Part shown: positions 37,661 through 50,511 of the stretch, one piece after another
How the letters are laid out: each line of letters begins with the position of its first letter
Position numbering within the stretch: the stretch's first letter is position 1
Assembly: GCF_038025025.1 (NCBI RefSeq)
Contig: NW_027117350.1
Coordinates: 744,001 to 808,000 of the forward strand
Direction of reading: 5' to 3'
DNA length: 64,000 nt
Source of the DNA: Phyllosticta citribraziliensis
Taxonomy: Eukaryota
Notes under the pieces: model-generated
Databases searched by the model: none
What the model was told of the DNA's origin: nothing
What the model saw: only the letters and a program-made list of their open reading frames with translations
Translations under genes and position numbers: made by a program

Positions 37661-39743
37661 GGGGAGAATTGGCCGTTTGATGTACTTGAAGATCCACTGG
37701 ACCCGCTGTTGTACCTTGGCCGTGGTTTTGAGAGATGTGCGTGGTCTAGAATCTTCGTGAGCGGCTCGCTTGGCCCAGGTATATACTATTCAGCTCGGCT
37801 GGCCCTATGGCACGATATATACCTCGCGATAAGGGAGCGGAAGGCTAAGCAGTAGTCACGGTACAAATCGCAGGAATCAAAAAGACTGTACCTCATCCAC
37901 GAGTCAAACATTGCAATGCTGCGAGGGAACTGAATCTTTTGGCGGATTCATGAACCCGTCAAGATTTGTGGCCGACACACAAAATTTGCCTGTTTAAATT
38001 TGCATTTCGCGTGCTTTTCCAGGGTTTGGCCGGTCGACGAGCGCATCTGCACGTCAGTTCGAGCAGCAACATCACAGCTGGAGGCCTCGCCCGACCTTGT
38101 GACTCCTCCACATCTTTCCCGGTGCTATTTGGTGCCCTCGCGAAAGAGATATGTGGTCGGTGAGGAGCCGAGTTGTCAAGGCCAAGCAAGCCAGCTTCGA
38201 TTTCATTCGACCGCGCTTTTAGCCTCGAGTCAGGTGAAGAATTTGGCTGAAGGCGGGTGCGCTATGACTGGACGAGGAGAGCGGAGGAGGCGTTGGAAGG
38301 TGCCGTGCATGGTTGCGGAAAGTCAAGGGATAAGGCACGGACCGCGGAAGCCGTGATGGAAAAGAGCTGACGGGAGGATGCAAGAGTTGAGAGACGACGT
38401 TGACACTCACAGCGCTAAGGTCGACGCGTGCTCGCTTACCACCGCGTCTCCGTGCTGACAGGGACCCGGCGGTTTCGCATTCAATGAACGTCGTAGCAAT
38501 TGTACATGGACTGCGAACACGACCTCTGTTCGGGTGCTTTCGCTGTAAAGCTTTCCTTAGCCCAACATTGACTCAGTGAAGCTCGCCTTGGGCTGTCTGG
38601 CACACGTTGACAAGAGGGTGGTTTTGGCGCTGCGAGATGTGTGATCGGCCAAGCTCTCAAAATTTGTCCGCCATCTTCTGGGCGCTAGTTAACCACCACG
38701 AAGATCTCTGATGGACATTGATCCATTCGCGTTTCGAGGGAGAACTTCAATTCAAACGGCAAATCTGCATGAGCCATCCAAAGTAACACCCCTAGCGAGG
38801 TCAGAGGTAGGTTTATGCTGTCCTTCAACTTCTGTCGGCAACTGTAAACGCTTACAGGGCGCATCCAATTTGTCATCCCTACAACCGAGCTGCGAGGGCG
38901 AATATCCACAATATTGGCGGCAACGAGAGAGTTTGAGTTGAAGCTGCATGTCGCAATCTGTTCGGATTTAAGAAATCCGCATACTCAAAGAGCATGAAAG
39001 GTCTATGAATGCAGCAGAGCATTGTTTGCCAGCACAGCACCTCAAACACGATACATGTCGGTTTCGGAGCGAGTAATCATTGTTGTTGTCCGAATTATCC
39101 GTTTTGAACTTGGCATTCATGATTCCTCAGGTCACCACGCTAGCCACCATCGGCCAACGCATGACGGAAGCTTTCCCGCTTGAGCTTGAACAGGCTTGCT
39201 CGATTCAGACGAGCACGATGCCAAGGCTCCAGCCGACTTGAAGCTGGCGGAATCTTCCTAGAGGTCAGCGGATATACTTTTCCATGCACGAAGTCTTGGT
39301 GATTGTGATGGTGTGGTATGTGAGGTCTAAGGCGATCAACAGCCCCTCCTTATAGGTGCTATTCAAGCGCCATCCGGATATATCGTCGGCAGAGCGCTCG
39401 AAATTCTTGAAGATTCGCCCTGAATGACCTTGGCCTGGCGGGAATGCGTTCCCTTTGACGTTCTACACGCCGTTGTTGGTCTCATGACCTTCAAATTCTT
39501 TGGACCATTCGGATGAATTCGACGTCGTGTGGTGTGTTTGTCGGCTGGAGTGGGGTTGTTCCCAGACAAACCGAAGGATTGGACAGTGGTTGTAAGAGCG
39601 TCGAATCTGGAAACGACTCGAAACTTTGCTTGAGAAGACGAGGGAATTTTTTTGGTCGAACAAAAGAGCATTGGATATGATCGAGATTGGGGAGGGGTAT
39701 CAAACGTGCATTGACGGAGAAACCAAAACTCAACGCCTGCCCT

Positions 39744-40775
39744 TCAAAAGCCTTCCTTTGCAAGCATATCGCAAATGTCCAGGTACAGCGCCACCGCATT
39801 GAAGTTTGGTCGTGTGCCGACCATGCTATACAGCATCCACTTGAAGCGACTCGTCCAGTTGATCAGATCCAGGTGGCTCACGCCGAGAAGTGTGCCCTTG
39901 TACGTTCCCCACCTGCTGCTGGACACGCTCACGAGGCCGTCATTCGGTGCGCCTCCTTCCATCTTCTTGATTACATCATGGCTCGGTTTGAATGCGCTCC
40001 ACCGCGTAGGCTCCAGGCTTGCGCCGTAAGAGAAGTACCGCGTTCCTTCTCGATCCGGGGTTTTGGGATTGAAATCTTCGCACACATACTTGCGAGTCAA
40101 TTGAGCAAACGCGCCTGTTTCAAACCCCAAGCGTTCCATGAGACCGTAGACGCGCGGAAGATTCGCCTCGCCAATTTCATCCATGACGTAGTCCGCAAAA
40201 GCGGAGCCACGGTGCGGCGTTGCGATGGTAGTAAGAGATTTGACAGCTATGCCAGCGGGCTTCATGCGGCTGATCATGTAGCGCGAGTCAAGCCCGCCCA
40301 TGCTGTGTGCGATGATGTTGACGCTTTGAGGTTGATCCTGTTGGCCTGGTTGGTCTGGGGTTGGAGCCAGTGCGGTACGGATGCGCTCAGAGAGCATAGC
40401 AGCGCGGGCCTCGATGCTTCCTGAGGGCGACACAGATGCTGTGATGACGCGAATGCCTCGCGCTTCAAGTGCTTCGCGGATCCCGCGCCAGTACTGGATT
40501 CCTGGGACGTATTGTCCGACAAGCCGCAGTTCGTCAAAGCCCAGAAGGCCATGGGCAAGGACTACGGGGTGCTTGGGCTTTTCATATTTTGCGCGTATCT
40601 CGGCATATTCATCTTTGATTTCTCTTCCAAGATCGGTGATGCGAGGGTCCACAGGGCGTGACGGAGCTTGATTCGGTTGGGAAAGGACAGAAAACGTTCG
40701 TGTCCATGATTTTGGACGTAGACTGGTTACGTATTGATGAGGACGGTGGAGGGTGAGCGAGACGATAGTTGTCAT
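39744..40775 (-). CDS. Triacylglycerol lipase, Tgl2-like alpha/beta hydrolase
   Basis: VLAHGLLGF, nucleophile elbow AHSMGG, TIATPHRGS, NDGLVSV, SHLDLINW. Confidence 0.9.
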   Translation of the reverse strand: MTTIVSLTLHRPHQYVTSLRPKSWTRTFSVLSQPNQAPSRPVDPRITDLGREIKDEYAEIRAKYEKPKHPVVLAHGLLGFDELRLVGQYVPGIQYWRGIREALEARGIRVITASVSPSGSIEARAAMLSERIRTALAPTPDQPGQQDQPQSVNIIAHSMGGLDSRYMISRMKPAGIAVKSLTTIATPHRGSAFADYVMDEIGEANLPRVYGLMERLGFETGAFAQLTRKYVCEDFNPKTPDREGTRYFSYGASLEPTRWSAFKPSHDVIKKMEGGAPNDGLVSVSSSRWGTYKGTLLGVSHLDLINWTSRFKWMLYSMVGTRPNFNAVALYLDICDMLAKEGF

Positions 40776-41120
40776 TGTCTCCGGTCCATGGGCGTGATCA
40801 TGGGGTTGTTGTTGTTGTTGGCGGTTGAGGAGTGCATAGGGCAGGTCGGGTGGTTCAAGGTTGATGTGGGTAAGCGAGATATGACGTCATGGGGAAGAGA
40901 GAATGGAGAATGCCCTGCCGGGGAAGGAATTCAACCATCTTCCATTGACAAGAGAGAAACCTAATGTCAAAAAAAAGCGTGCATCGATATTAGAGACAAT
41001 TCTAGGAAGCTTTGTCTGGACACATACCAAGCACTTCGAATATATAACCTCGAGCATTCGCACCTTTCCAACTCGTCTTCCATGTCTAATCTATCTTTGG
41101 CTTCTGGTCACTCTTGTCTC

Positions 41121-42663
41121 TCAGTTGTCAAGCGTGTTCCTCCTGCTCCTGTCCGGTCGCAAGTCTTTGCCACCGCCAATGACCACCTCAAGCGCCTGGG
41201 TCAGAGCATTTTCATCGTACCTCAAGAAGCCTTCTCCATCCGTCCTCCTCCCGTACAAACGAACTGTCTCAATCCCGAGCTCTGTCAGCTCGGCACGATC
41301 AACCTTGGGTGTACCTGGCCCATCCAGGTGCAAAACGTGCGTGACATAGCTCTTGTACTGGAAAGGTGGCACGTCCACAAAGCCTTCACCCTGCGACGAG
41401 GATGCACCTGCCTTGGCTATGGCGGCAACAAAGTCCAGTGCCGTGAACGGGGATGACGATGGGCCAGTCTCGCGATCGAGCGTGCTGTTGAGAATCAAGA
41501 TTTTGTGCTTGATAGCGGGACTGGAAATGGTTTGGCCAACACCGCGGAGAATCAAGTTGGGGATGATGGAAGTGTATAATGAACCGATCGAGTACACGAC
41601 TGCCTGAGACGAAGCGATGGCGTCAAGGACCTTTGGATTTGCCGGAGGGCGAATCTCCTGACCATAGGGATTGATGTACCAGATGCGGTCGACGCGCGCG
41701 GGGAAATCTTCTTCTGCCTCCTTCGAAAAGACGATGTTCTGCTTTCGAAGAGTAGGCAAGGAACCGGGAAGATTTGCGTCTTCAATGTCATCATGCTCCT
41801 CGGTTTCGCGGGTAGGGGACAACACGTCTGGGACCGCAGTGGGCACACTTGGGTGGGAGATGGAATTCTGTCCAGTGATGATGGTGCCGTCCAGGAGGCC
41901 AGCAGAGATGTGGTGCGTGAAGTTGGTGTTGATAGCGGGGAGGACTGCAGTATTTTCTGGAACACCGCAGATGCTGCTTAGGAGGTAAATGGCGGATTCG
42001 AGGGATCCAGAGAAGATGCGAGCACTGCCATTATTGAGCAAAGTAGGTTAATATGCCAGCAAAAGCACTCACCCAGTCAAGAACAAGTTGCCGACGCTGG
42101 CACTGGAAAAGTCAAATGTTGAAGTTGGCCTGATTCTCTTCACGACCTCGAGGTTGAAGAGGTTGAGGAATGACCTTATCAACTCTTTCTTCTCTGTAGA
42201 TATGCCTTGCCACAGAGCATGACGTGACTCGACAATGTCAAGCCATTCATGCCTTGCCTCATTGACCGATTTGGGGAGACGATGATTGAAGAAGGTTTTG
42301 ATGGCGGCTCTCTCAGCATTGCCATTTTCGGGGATCAAGCGAACCAGGCGACCTGTGGACAAACTTAGGAATATTCTCGAGAACGGATATTGGAGCCGCA
42401 CTTCTCAAGTCGCCAATTCCTGTGCGAAGTCAGTATCAAGTTTGCAGTGTGGCGAAAAAGTACTCACCTGGTCCTCCAAGGACGCGAATCAGTTCAGAGG
42501 TACTACCACCATTGTCGCTAATGGGGATGACGCAGCTCAAAGCGCAGTGCTTTCGTTCTGCAACAGTCTTGAAGACATCGACCAGACTGTTGGCAGCGCT
42601 TCCTCCGGAAAAGACAACGATGCCTTTTGGGTTTTTGGTGGTTCGAGCGACGGAAAGAGACAT
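41121..42663 (-). CDS. UPF0052 (CofD/YvcK-like, yeast YNL011C family) protein, 4 exons
   Basis: IVVFSGGSAAN, PISDNGGSTSELIRVLGGP|GIGDLRS|RLVRLIP, SVGNLFLTG|ARIFSGS, YSIGSLYTSI. Confidence 0.9.
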
Positions 42664-43229
42664 GGTTTTGCGTGGAGATCAAGAGAGCGCCGCGGTCGGG
42701 AGATGGCTTCAAGAGAGGAGACTCCAATAAGTAGTGCTGAAAATGTCGAAAAAGACACCTTTCATGAGCATGGTGGCTTGCCCGAGTTGGAATCGACCAT
42801 GCAATCCTCTGCGCGACGGCAATGACAGAGTGGCGGAGTACAAGAGCATTCAGCGGTCGCGACGACGCGTAGTAAACAGTCATCGCCCAAAGCGCAACGC
42901 CATTGGCCAGCCGTTGCCCGTCTATTAATAAATTCACATCACGGGAAGATCAATATCAAACACATTTCTGGTCATTTTGGAGGCACTTGTGCAGCTTAGG
43001 GACTGATACATCTCCGTCCTCTCTATTTCTAGTGAAGCACAATGCGTCCCGTCGCGCATCCGCCAACAGCTGGCTGGCCTTTTGCTGGCCTTTCCATTGT
43101 ATTCACGTCCCCTCGATGCATTTGCAGTGAGCCGCACCCGTGTGCTTCAGAGACCGTCGTCAAAATACTGCTCCCAATTCATCGCGGTGCAGGTCTTCTG
43201 ATGGTCATGCATCCTCCAGAGCTCATCCA

Positions 43230-43589
43230 TTAAGCCTCCTCCTTGGCGGCAGCGTCTGCCTCAGCTCTGCGCTGGCGCTTTTCCATCAGAGCATCTCTCC
43301 TCTCCTTCAAAAGTCTGAATTGGCTCGCCTCGACGCCTTGCAGCCAGTAGCCAAACCCTCCGCCGATGGTAGCAAAGAACGGGTACGCCCACAGCTGGTT
43401 GCGGATGAACAGGGGGCGCATTTCGATGGCCAGCTGCCACATGCGGACGGCAATGCCTGGAGGAGACGTCGCACGTTAGCACATTTGCCGTCTGGGGCGT
43501 CTGGAGACACTCGGTGTGGAGTCGGCGGAGGTGGTGGGTGTTCGGACGGGCCTACCGAAGCCGCTCCAGAACAGGATCTTGTGGACCAT
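43230..43589 (-). CDS. NADH:ubiquinone oxidoreductase accessory subunit (14 kDa / B14.5b-like), 2 exons
   Basis: Spliced MVHKILFWSGF|GIAVRMWQLAIEMRPLF...WAYPFFATIGGGFGYWLQGVE, a conserved small fungal complex I subunit pattern. Confidence 0.85.
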
Positions 43590-43856
43590 GGTGATGCGTC
43601 TTTGCGCGGGTGTCGTGAGAGAGAGAAGGAGGACGCTGAGCTTTGCACAGCGATGGCAATGTCTGTATAGAGCAGGTCTGGGTTTTTGTGTGGTTTCAAG
43701 GTGCTGAGCAACGGGTGGGTGCTGGGGGAGCTGCGATTAGGCGCTCGGACCGGCTCTTGGCCGACCGGGGCAGGGAGCGTGATGGCATTCGGCGCCCTTG
43801 CGATTCGCGACTGCAACCTGAGCGCGTCAACTTCAACTCCTTCTTCCCACCGCACC

Positions 43857-46081
43857 ATGGACGTCCGCAAGCGACACGCGGGAGATGGCCCTACCATTGA
43901 TCCCGTCGAGGTGCGCAAGAGACTCAGGACTTCCGACCTGCCTCTCACTCAAAACAAACGATCCGCCATCGAGTCCATTCTGCACACATTCAAGAAGAAG
44001 GGCGAGTTTGATGTCTTGCGCAAAAAGGCCTTTACCCAGTTTGAAAATGGGGTACGTCCGCCGTGCGTCTCCCAGATCCCAGCTAATTGTGCAAGTAGGA
44101 CGCCAAAGCGAAGCTGCTCTCCTCGCTCGAAGAACTGGGCGAGTTTGAAACAACGCGCAACCCAACACTCTTGTCTAAAGACCGCCGCATAGCCGCTCCG
44201 CTCCTCGAAGGTGCCGCAGAACGTAGTGAGATTTACCGCGCCGCCGAAACACACATTCGCACCATCATTCAATCAATTCTCGATGAGCAAGCAGAGTCCA
44301 AGATGCGAGACATCCGCCGCATTGACATTGGCGATGATGCTGCCCTGGATGAGGCTCGAAGAGGCAGCAAGACAGACGAGGACTATCTTCAAGAAGCAGA
44401 AGAACGGAGACTACAGAGGCAAAGGCTGAGAGAAGAAAAACTGGAAAGACAACGCGAAAGGGAGAGGCAGGAGCAGGAGCGTGCAGAGGAAGAAAGGCGC
44501 CGCAGACAGGAGGAAGAAGAAGCGAGGGAACGCGAACGCGAGGAGCGCGAGGAGCGGCGCCGTAAAGAGCGGGAAGAGAGGGAGTTGGAGAGGCAGCGTG
44601 AGTACGAGCGAGAACGTGAAGAGCGGAAAGAAAGAGAGCGGCAGTGGGAGAGGGAGAGGGAGGAACGTCGTGAAAAACGTCGGCGGGAAGAGGAAGAGTA
44701 TGAGCGTGAAAGGGTCAGACGGTACGAGAGAGAGCGAGAACGCGATCGCCAGGAGCGGTACAAGAAGAGGTCTCCAAGCAAAGACCGCGAGCGGGATAGG
44801 CCCAGAGTGCCTCGTCATTCACGCAGTCCAGACCGTCGCTCGAGCATTGCTCCCAGCGACAAAAAGGAGGAGGCCAAGCCAAAGACCGAGGAAAAGATTA
44901 CAGATGAAGACGCCCTGGCGCTTCTCCTCGAGGAAAGCAAAGCGCTCGAAAAGTCTCTTCAACGTCCAGAACTCGAACGATCCGGATCTCTCGACCCGCC
45001 TGCTCGCAGGTCCCTCGTGCCCAAATCCATCCAACCACGCGACCCAGCGTCACGCTCGTCCAAGCCAGACTACAAGTTCGTGCCGCCTCCCACTCCCTCC
45101 AAGGAAGAGAGCAAAAACACACCCATCAGACAAGATCATCACGAAGACGCCCCGCCGCGTACCCACCACCGCGAACCCTCGGCCGCCCCATCCGTTCGCT
45201 CCTCGCGCGCCGAACGAGAAAGCTACCGCGCCCGCTCGCGCTCCTTGTCGCGCGGAAGCCACTATCGTCGCCGCCGCAGCCCTACACCCGACGCCCGCCG
45301 CTCCAGCCGCTACTACGACCGCGATCGAGACGACCGGAGGTCAAGCCGATACTATGACCGCGAGCGCTCGCGCAGCCGGACGCGACGATCACCTGACCGG
45401 CGATACGACGACCGGCGGTCTAGTCGGTACCACGACCGTGACCGCGAGCCAGAACGCTCTCGCAGCCGCAGCAGAAGAAGGTCGCCAGCGCCAGCAGCGA
45501 CGTCGTCTGCAGCTCCTCGGCGCAGCTACAACCGCGACCGGCCGCGCTCCCGCAGCCGGAGCCCCAAAGACATTGACCGGTACGTCCCAGGCAACAGCAT
45601 CATCAGCAGCAGCAGCATCGTCAATCGAAGCAGCGCCGCGGCTCCTCCTCCTCCTCATCCTGCTCCTTTTTCGACGACAGCACCACCGCCGGCATACAGC
45701 AGAGCAGTGAAGGATGACAGATTTGTGACGCGTGATAGGGACTTCAGAGACAGAGACCGCGATTCGAGGGACCACCACCACCGTGAAAGGGACCGTGACG
45801 TCGTCAGAGACAGCAGGGACCGCGACCGCGACCGCGACTACAGAGACAGAGACCGCGACCGCGACCGCGATTATAGAGACCGAGATCGCCGCCGCGACAG
45901 CCGCGACTACGCGCCGCCCCCGCGCTCCTCCAGGCTTTCGGACAACATCGACCGCTACATTCCCGGCGGCGCGCCGTCGGATAGGGATCGCGATAGGGAG
46001 AGGGACAGAGATCGGGAGAGGGATACAGACCGAAGTGAGAGGCGGAGGAGTAGGAGCCGTAGCCGTGGGTCTAGGCGGTAG
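43857..46081 (+). CDS. Shg1/BOD1 (COMPASS-associated) domain protein with long RE/RS/RD-rich tail, 2 exons
   Basis: N-terminal RTSDLPL...FKKKGEFDVLRKK. An intron at ~44052-44098 joins to DAKAKLLSSLEE...DRRIAAPLLEGA. The C-terminus is charged and low-complexity. Confidence 0.8.
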
Positions 46082-46478
46082 GTGGATTCGTGGTGTGGCA
46101 TGTAGACGAGAAGAGAGGGGTAGAGTTGAGAGCAGTGCAGCTGAATATGTCATTGAGCATTTGACAAAAACGCATCCCGAGCTACCAGTCAACTTCACCT
46201 TTTGTGCAGACCTCTCCCCGTTCGACCTCCTTTCAGGCAGAGCAAGGCGCAGTATAGCGATTCGTTTGCACGATCAATTCTACAAGAAAATGACCTACTC
46301 GTTTCAACTCTTCCCATTCCTACAGCGAATTCCTGACGGGCTACAACCGCGCCCTTGCACTCATCTCCAGCCATTGTCCGCCTACCGGCTGCCTTGTATC
46401 TAATTGTTTGCCTGTGTCCATACACGCATCGCCATGCGGCAACAGGCTCCGACACGGGTCGACAAACGAACGAGCAAA

Positions 46479-47592
46479 TCAATCGAACCTGAACGTCTTG
46501 CCCTTGAGCAGCGAGCCGCCCAGAACCTTGCCGACCGCGTAGCCGGCGTACGCACCGCAGACGATGGTGACGGGCCACTTTTGCCATTCGCGGTCCCTGT
46601 GCGCGCAACGGAAAGAGTTAGCCATCAATCCTCAAAACAGGCGTGTTCCTGTCTCAATGCCAATGCCAACGCCAATCCCACGACAGCACCCCGTGCGCCC
46701 CTTCACGTGTATACAAAGGCTCAAGAGCAAGAAAGCAGAACTCACCAGTCCAGCGGAATGGGCACAGCGCCAGCCCACGCGCCGACGACGGCGCCAACGG
46801 CGGCGCCGAACACCTCGTCGGCGGGCACGCTGAGGGAGGCGAGGGCGCGCCACTTGGCGCCGTCGACACCGCAGGCGTGGATGAGCGGCACGCTGGCCAG
46901 GTAGGCAATGTGCGCGGCAGCGAGGGCCGTGTGTGCGAGGTGCGAGGTCGCGGGCGCGCCGAAGAGGACGAGCAGGATTGAGAGGAGCGGGATGCCGGCG
47001 ATCGTGGCGAGGGTTAGGGCGAGGATGGCCGTCTGTTTGGAGGTGGTGGGGTTAGTTTGGGGTTTGCTCTTGCTTTTGCTGCTGCTGCTGCTTGCTGCTG
47101 CTGCTTGCTGGTGTTGGGAGTGGTGTCGTGATGGAGGTAGTGCAGGCCGTGGGTATATGGAAGACGACAGCGCAAGCAGAATTGACAGGAAGAGTGTGGA
47201 ATGAGAGATTCAATTCAGCATACAGTGATGCGGCCTCCAAAGCCCTTCTCGCCCTTGCCATCCTTCTTGCGCCTGCCGGCGGCAGCTTTCGACGGCGCCG
47301 CGGCACTCGACCCAGCGGCGGGCAAGCAGACGGCAGCGTAGAGGACCTGGAGCGCGGCGAGGGGCAGCAGGGCCGACGCAAGCGCACCGACCGGGTCGGC
47401 GACGATGGCCTTGAATTGCAGCGCGTAGAGCGAGAGGAGCAGCACCGGGTGCAGGTGCGTGTAGATGCGGGCGAGGTCGGTGCCGAGGGGCTCGATGGGC
47501 TTGGACGAGGGCGGCGCTGCTGCTGCCAGGGCTGCAGGTTTCGCCGCCGGCTCCTCGATGCGCGTGAAGATTGTTTGCGGCTGCTGCGACAT
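46479..47592 (-). CDS. GPI11: GPI ethanolamine-phosphate transferase subunit PIG-F/Gpi11, 3 exons
   Basis: LLVLFGAP...[27 protein letters not shown] is the PIG-F signature. Confidence 0.9.
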
Positions 47593-47923
47593 TGCTGCTA
47601 CCGGTGAGCCATGCGGGCTGTGGTGGGAGGTTGCTGGAGTTGGAGGTAGGTTGGAGCTAGCTTCAAGGTACATATCCAACGGCAAGGTTTGGGTTGCGGC
47701 GGGAGATGGTCGGGGCATTGATCCACATTGTCGGGACCATGAGGATTCAACTGAACACCCTTGCAAACATGGCAGCAAGATGGATTGATTGGAGTATTCT
47801 ATTCCTGAATTTTGATCCTTTTGGAGCTCCTCGCCCTTGGCTTCATGCTTTTTGAAGAAGTGTAGCACCATCGCATTCACGGCACCTCAGCAATCCATTG
47901 ACATCATCCGTCATCTCCGCGGC

Positions 47924-49027
47924 TTAGGCAGTCTCAGTGGGAACGAGGTTGCGCAGAGACAAATCGTAAACGACATCCTCGACCTCCTTCACCTGTTCGA
48001 TTATTAGAAGAGCTGGGCTGGGTCTTGAGCGCTGGACATACCCTGTACTTGATACCATCGCTCCGCCTTCTCAGCGAGTCGTTCTTGAGATTGAGAATCT
48101 GGAAACCGGCGTGGATGTCCTTGATGAACTGAGCAATCTGCATGGGGCGGTTGTAGTCGCCGAGAGTGACCGAGTTCCTCGCAAGACGGGCCTGTTGAAT
48201 CAGTGGGTGGTCTTGGAGAAAGAAAATTGGGAAGAAAACATGACATACCAATTCGTCAATCAGCGAAATGAGTGCCTGGAGATATTCCTCAATCGTGAGA
48301 TGGAAGGCGTCCTTCTCCTTGAGGTTTACCGGCACTGCAGAGTGTGGTCAGTACAGAAGGCCATTGAAATCTGCGACATTGGGACTCACCGTTCATGATG
48401 GCGCCAACCTCCTCAATTGGAAGGAGACGGCCAGACTTTGCATTGCCGCCCTCAGGAGCAAAGCCTCCCAAGTAGCCACAGTAGAGAATGGTAAAGGCCT
48501 GCACCTGGAATTAGAAATGAACGGAAAAAACGTATCGTGGTCGACTTGCCGTGTCCTGGACTTGGCGGCTCCACATGCCATTGAACTTGTAGTAGGGGTG
48601 CTTGGAAGCCGCTTCCGAGAGTTTTTGAACGGCAGCAACTTCATCGCGAACAGCACCCTCAGCGGCGGTGATGACGGTGGGAACTAGATTGGTTTAGCTG
48701 AATGTCATGCAGCATGACGGGAGCGGCACGCACGCTGAGCAAGCGGGGTGGAATGGGCCCGCGAGAGTATCGATTGGGCGGACCGTCCTGCAGAGAGTCA
48801 ACATGGAAACTTTCTGGCCGAAAATTCCTGGTCCATACCGTGCTTCTCGAGAGTCTGGATAATGTCGCGGAGTTCCTGTGCACGGTGGCGAAAAGACGTC
48901 AGATTGCTGCGACATGTTGACCGAAAAGACCGGTCCTTACCTCACGGACAGCACCGTCCTGGTCGACACGCTCCTGGAGCTGCTCGAAGAGAGCGGGATC
49001 AACGACGCCGGATCTTTCAGCTGCCAT
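47924..49027 (-). CDS. Translin, multi-exon
   Basis: HPYYKFNGMW, FHLTIEEYLQALISLIDEL, ARLARNSVTLGDY, LNLKNDSLRRRSDGIKY, EDVVYDLSLRNL. Confidence 0.92.
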
Positions 49028-50511
49028 GGTGGTTGAGGTTTGTTGTTGGTGTTGTGTTTCGTGGACGCGGCAGAATTTGCGTCGGCAGGCGAGATTGGAA
49101 GCGTGGTTCGCGACTGCATGTATTCACGAGGTGCACTGTTGCGAGGTGGAATTCCCGAATTGACTCCCATTTTATTCGCTTGACGTTTCTCTGGTATTAT
49201 ATGCGGTCCTGGCGTTGGACAAAGCCATGCACAAAATGTCTACACTGTTTGCTTGCTTCCTGATTAGCGCAGGGATTGCCAAACGAGAGCCCCAACTGCA
49301 GCACCATGCCACGACAAAACATCCATCTTGAATTGACATCCTCTTCGAACACCCACGCCAGGCAAGTGTCTCGATGAGGCACAATAGGCCGCTCGGTCCA
49401 GAATTGTGCTCTCTGGGCGACACTGCGAAGTCAAATACACAAGTCCAGCGGCCGACTTTGCGAGGGACGAAGGTGTTGGCTACCCGTTCCCGTACCAGCG
49501 GTCAGACTGGCAGGAAAACAGAGACTACAATTGGTCATAGCAAAGTCGCAAGAAGGCACTGAAGAGAGCGAGAGACAGGTTAGCGACGGCTGTGGGTTAT
49601 ATGGCGGTGCACCGCCTCTGACCATGTAAGCAGTCTCACTCACCTCACACAAGGCAACGGCACCACCCTCCACAGTCACACTCGAGTCACGGCCAGACCT
49701 GGATAATCTCACCACCAGGCCTCCAACCGCAGGAACCGCGCAGTCTGCAGCCCAACCCAGAATCATGCATCGCCATGCAAGCGGCCCAAATTCTCGTCTT
49801 ACCGTGCGCCTTGTTTGACTTGACGGCTTCATCTTGACGTCTCAATCTACTCCACGAAAAAGAATCACGATTGCATTCGGCGGATCCTCAACCTTAATTG
49901 CGGCTTGCCAGGATTGGCATCCCTCCCAGACGACCGCGTCTGGCCTGAGCAAGTCGTCTGTCACGCGTTGCCGTCATGCAACATGAGAGCCAACATCTCC
50001 GCTGCCGACGAGTCAAGCACTGCAGCTCCATCACTTGGCCTGCGAATGATGTGAAGCTGCTATTGCTTCGCGTGGGGTATGCAGGCATAAAGACCTACAG
50101 TCAACTCCGTGGAGGCGCCAGGTCGCGTCATCTTTTTCCATCATTCGCTCTAGCCCATGCTGAGCCCTCCTGGACATCTGACAGCCTGCTTCCCACAAGA
50201 AATTTTCAAACACCCCAAGTACCTGCGGTTACTGTCACAACCACAGGGTCGCTGCGGACTTGTTCCCTGTCCACGAGAGCAAATGAACCAACGGCCTCGC
50301 CCTCCTTGGCTCCACGTGCACTCTGATCCATCCTGGAACCCCGTAGCTGGACCGATTGGCCTTGATAGATGATACTTCCACGACCATAGTGATAAGCCGT
50401 CCTTTTTCCAACCGTCCCGAAAATTCCCTGCATCTCCGGGCTGATTTTTTTCATATTTGTGCCCTGTTCCCATTCTGCAGTTTGGATCCCAAACCACTGT
50501 TTTGATGCATC

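Noticed and set aside
37900..39700. Spacer as a decayed maltase or regulator gene
   Set aside because: No GH13 or Zn2Cys6 motifs were recognised in the ORF translations.
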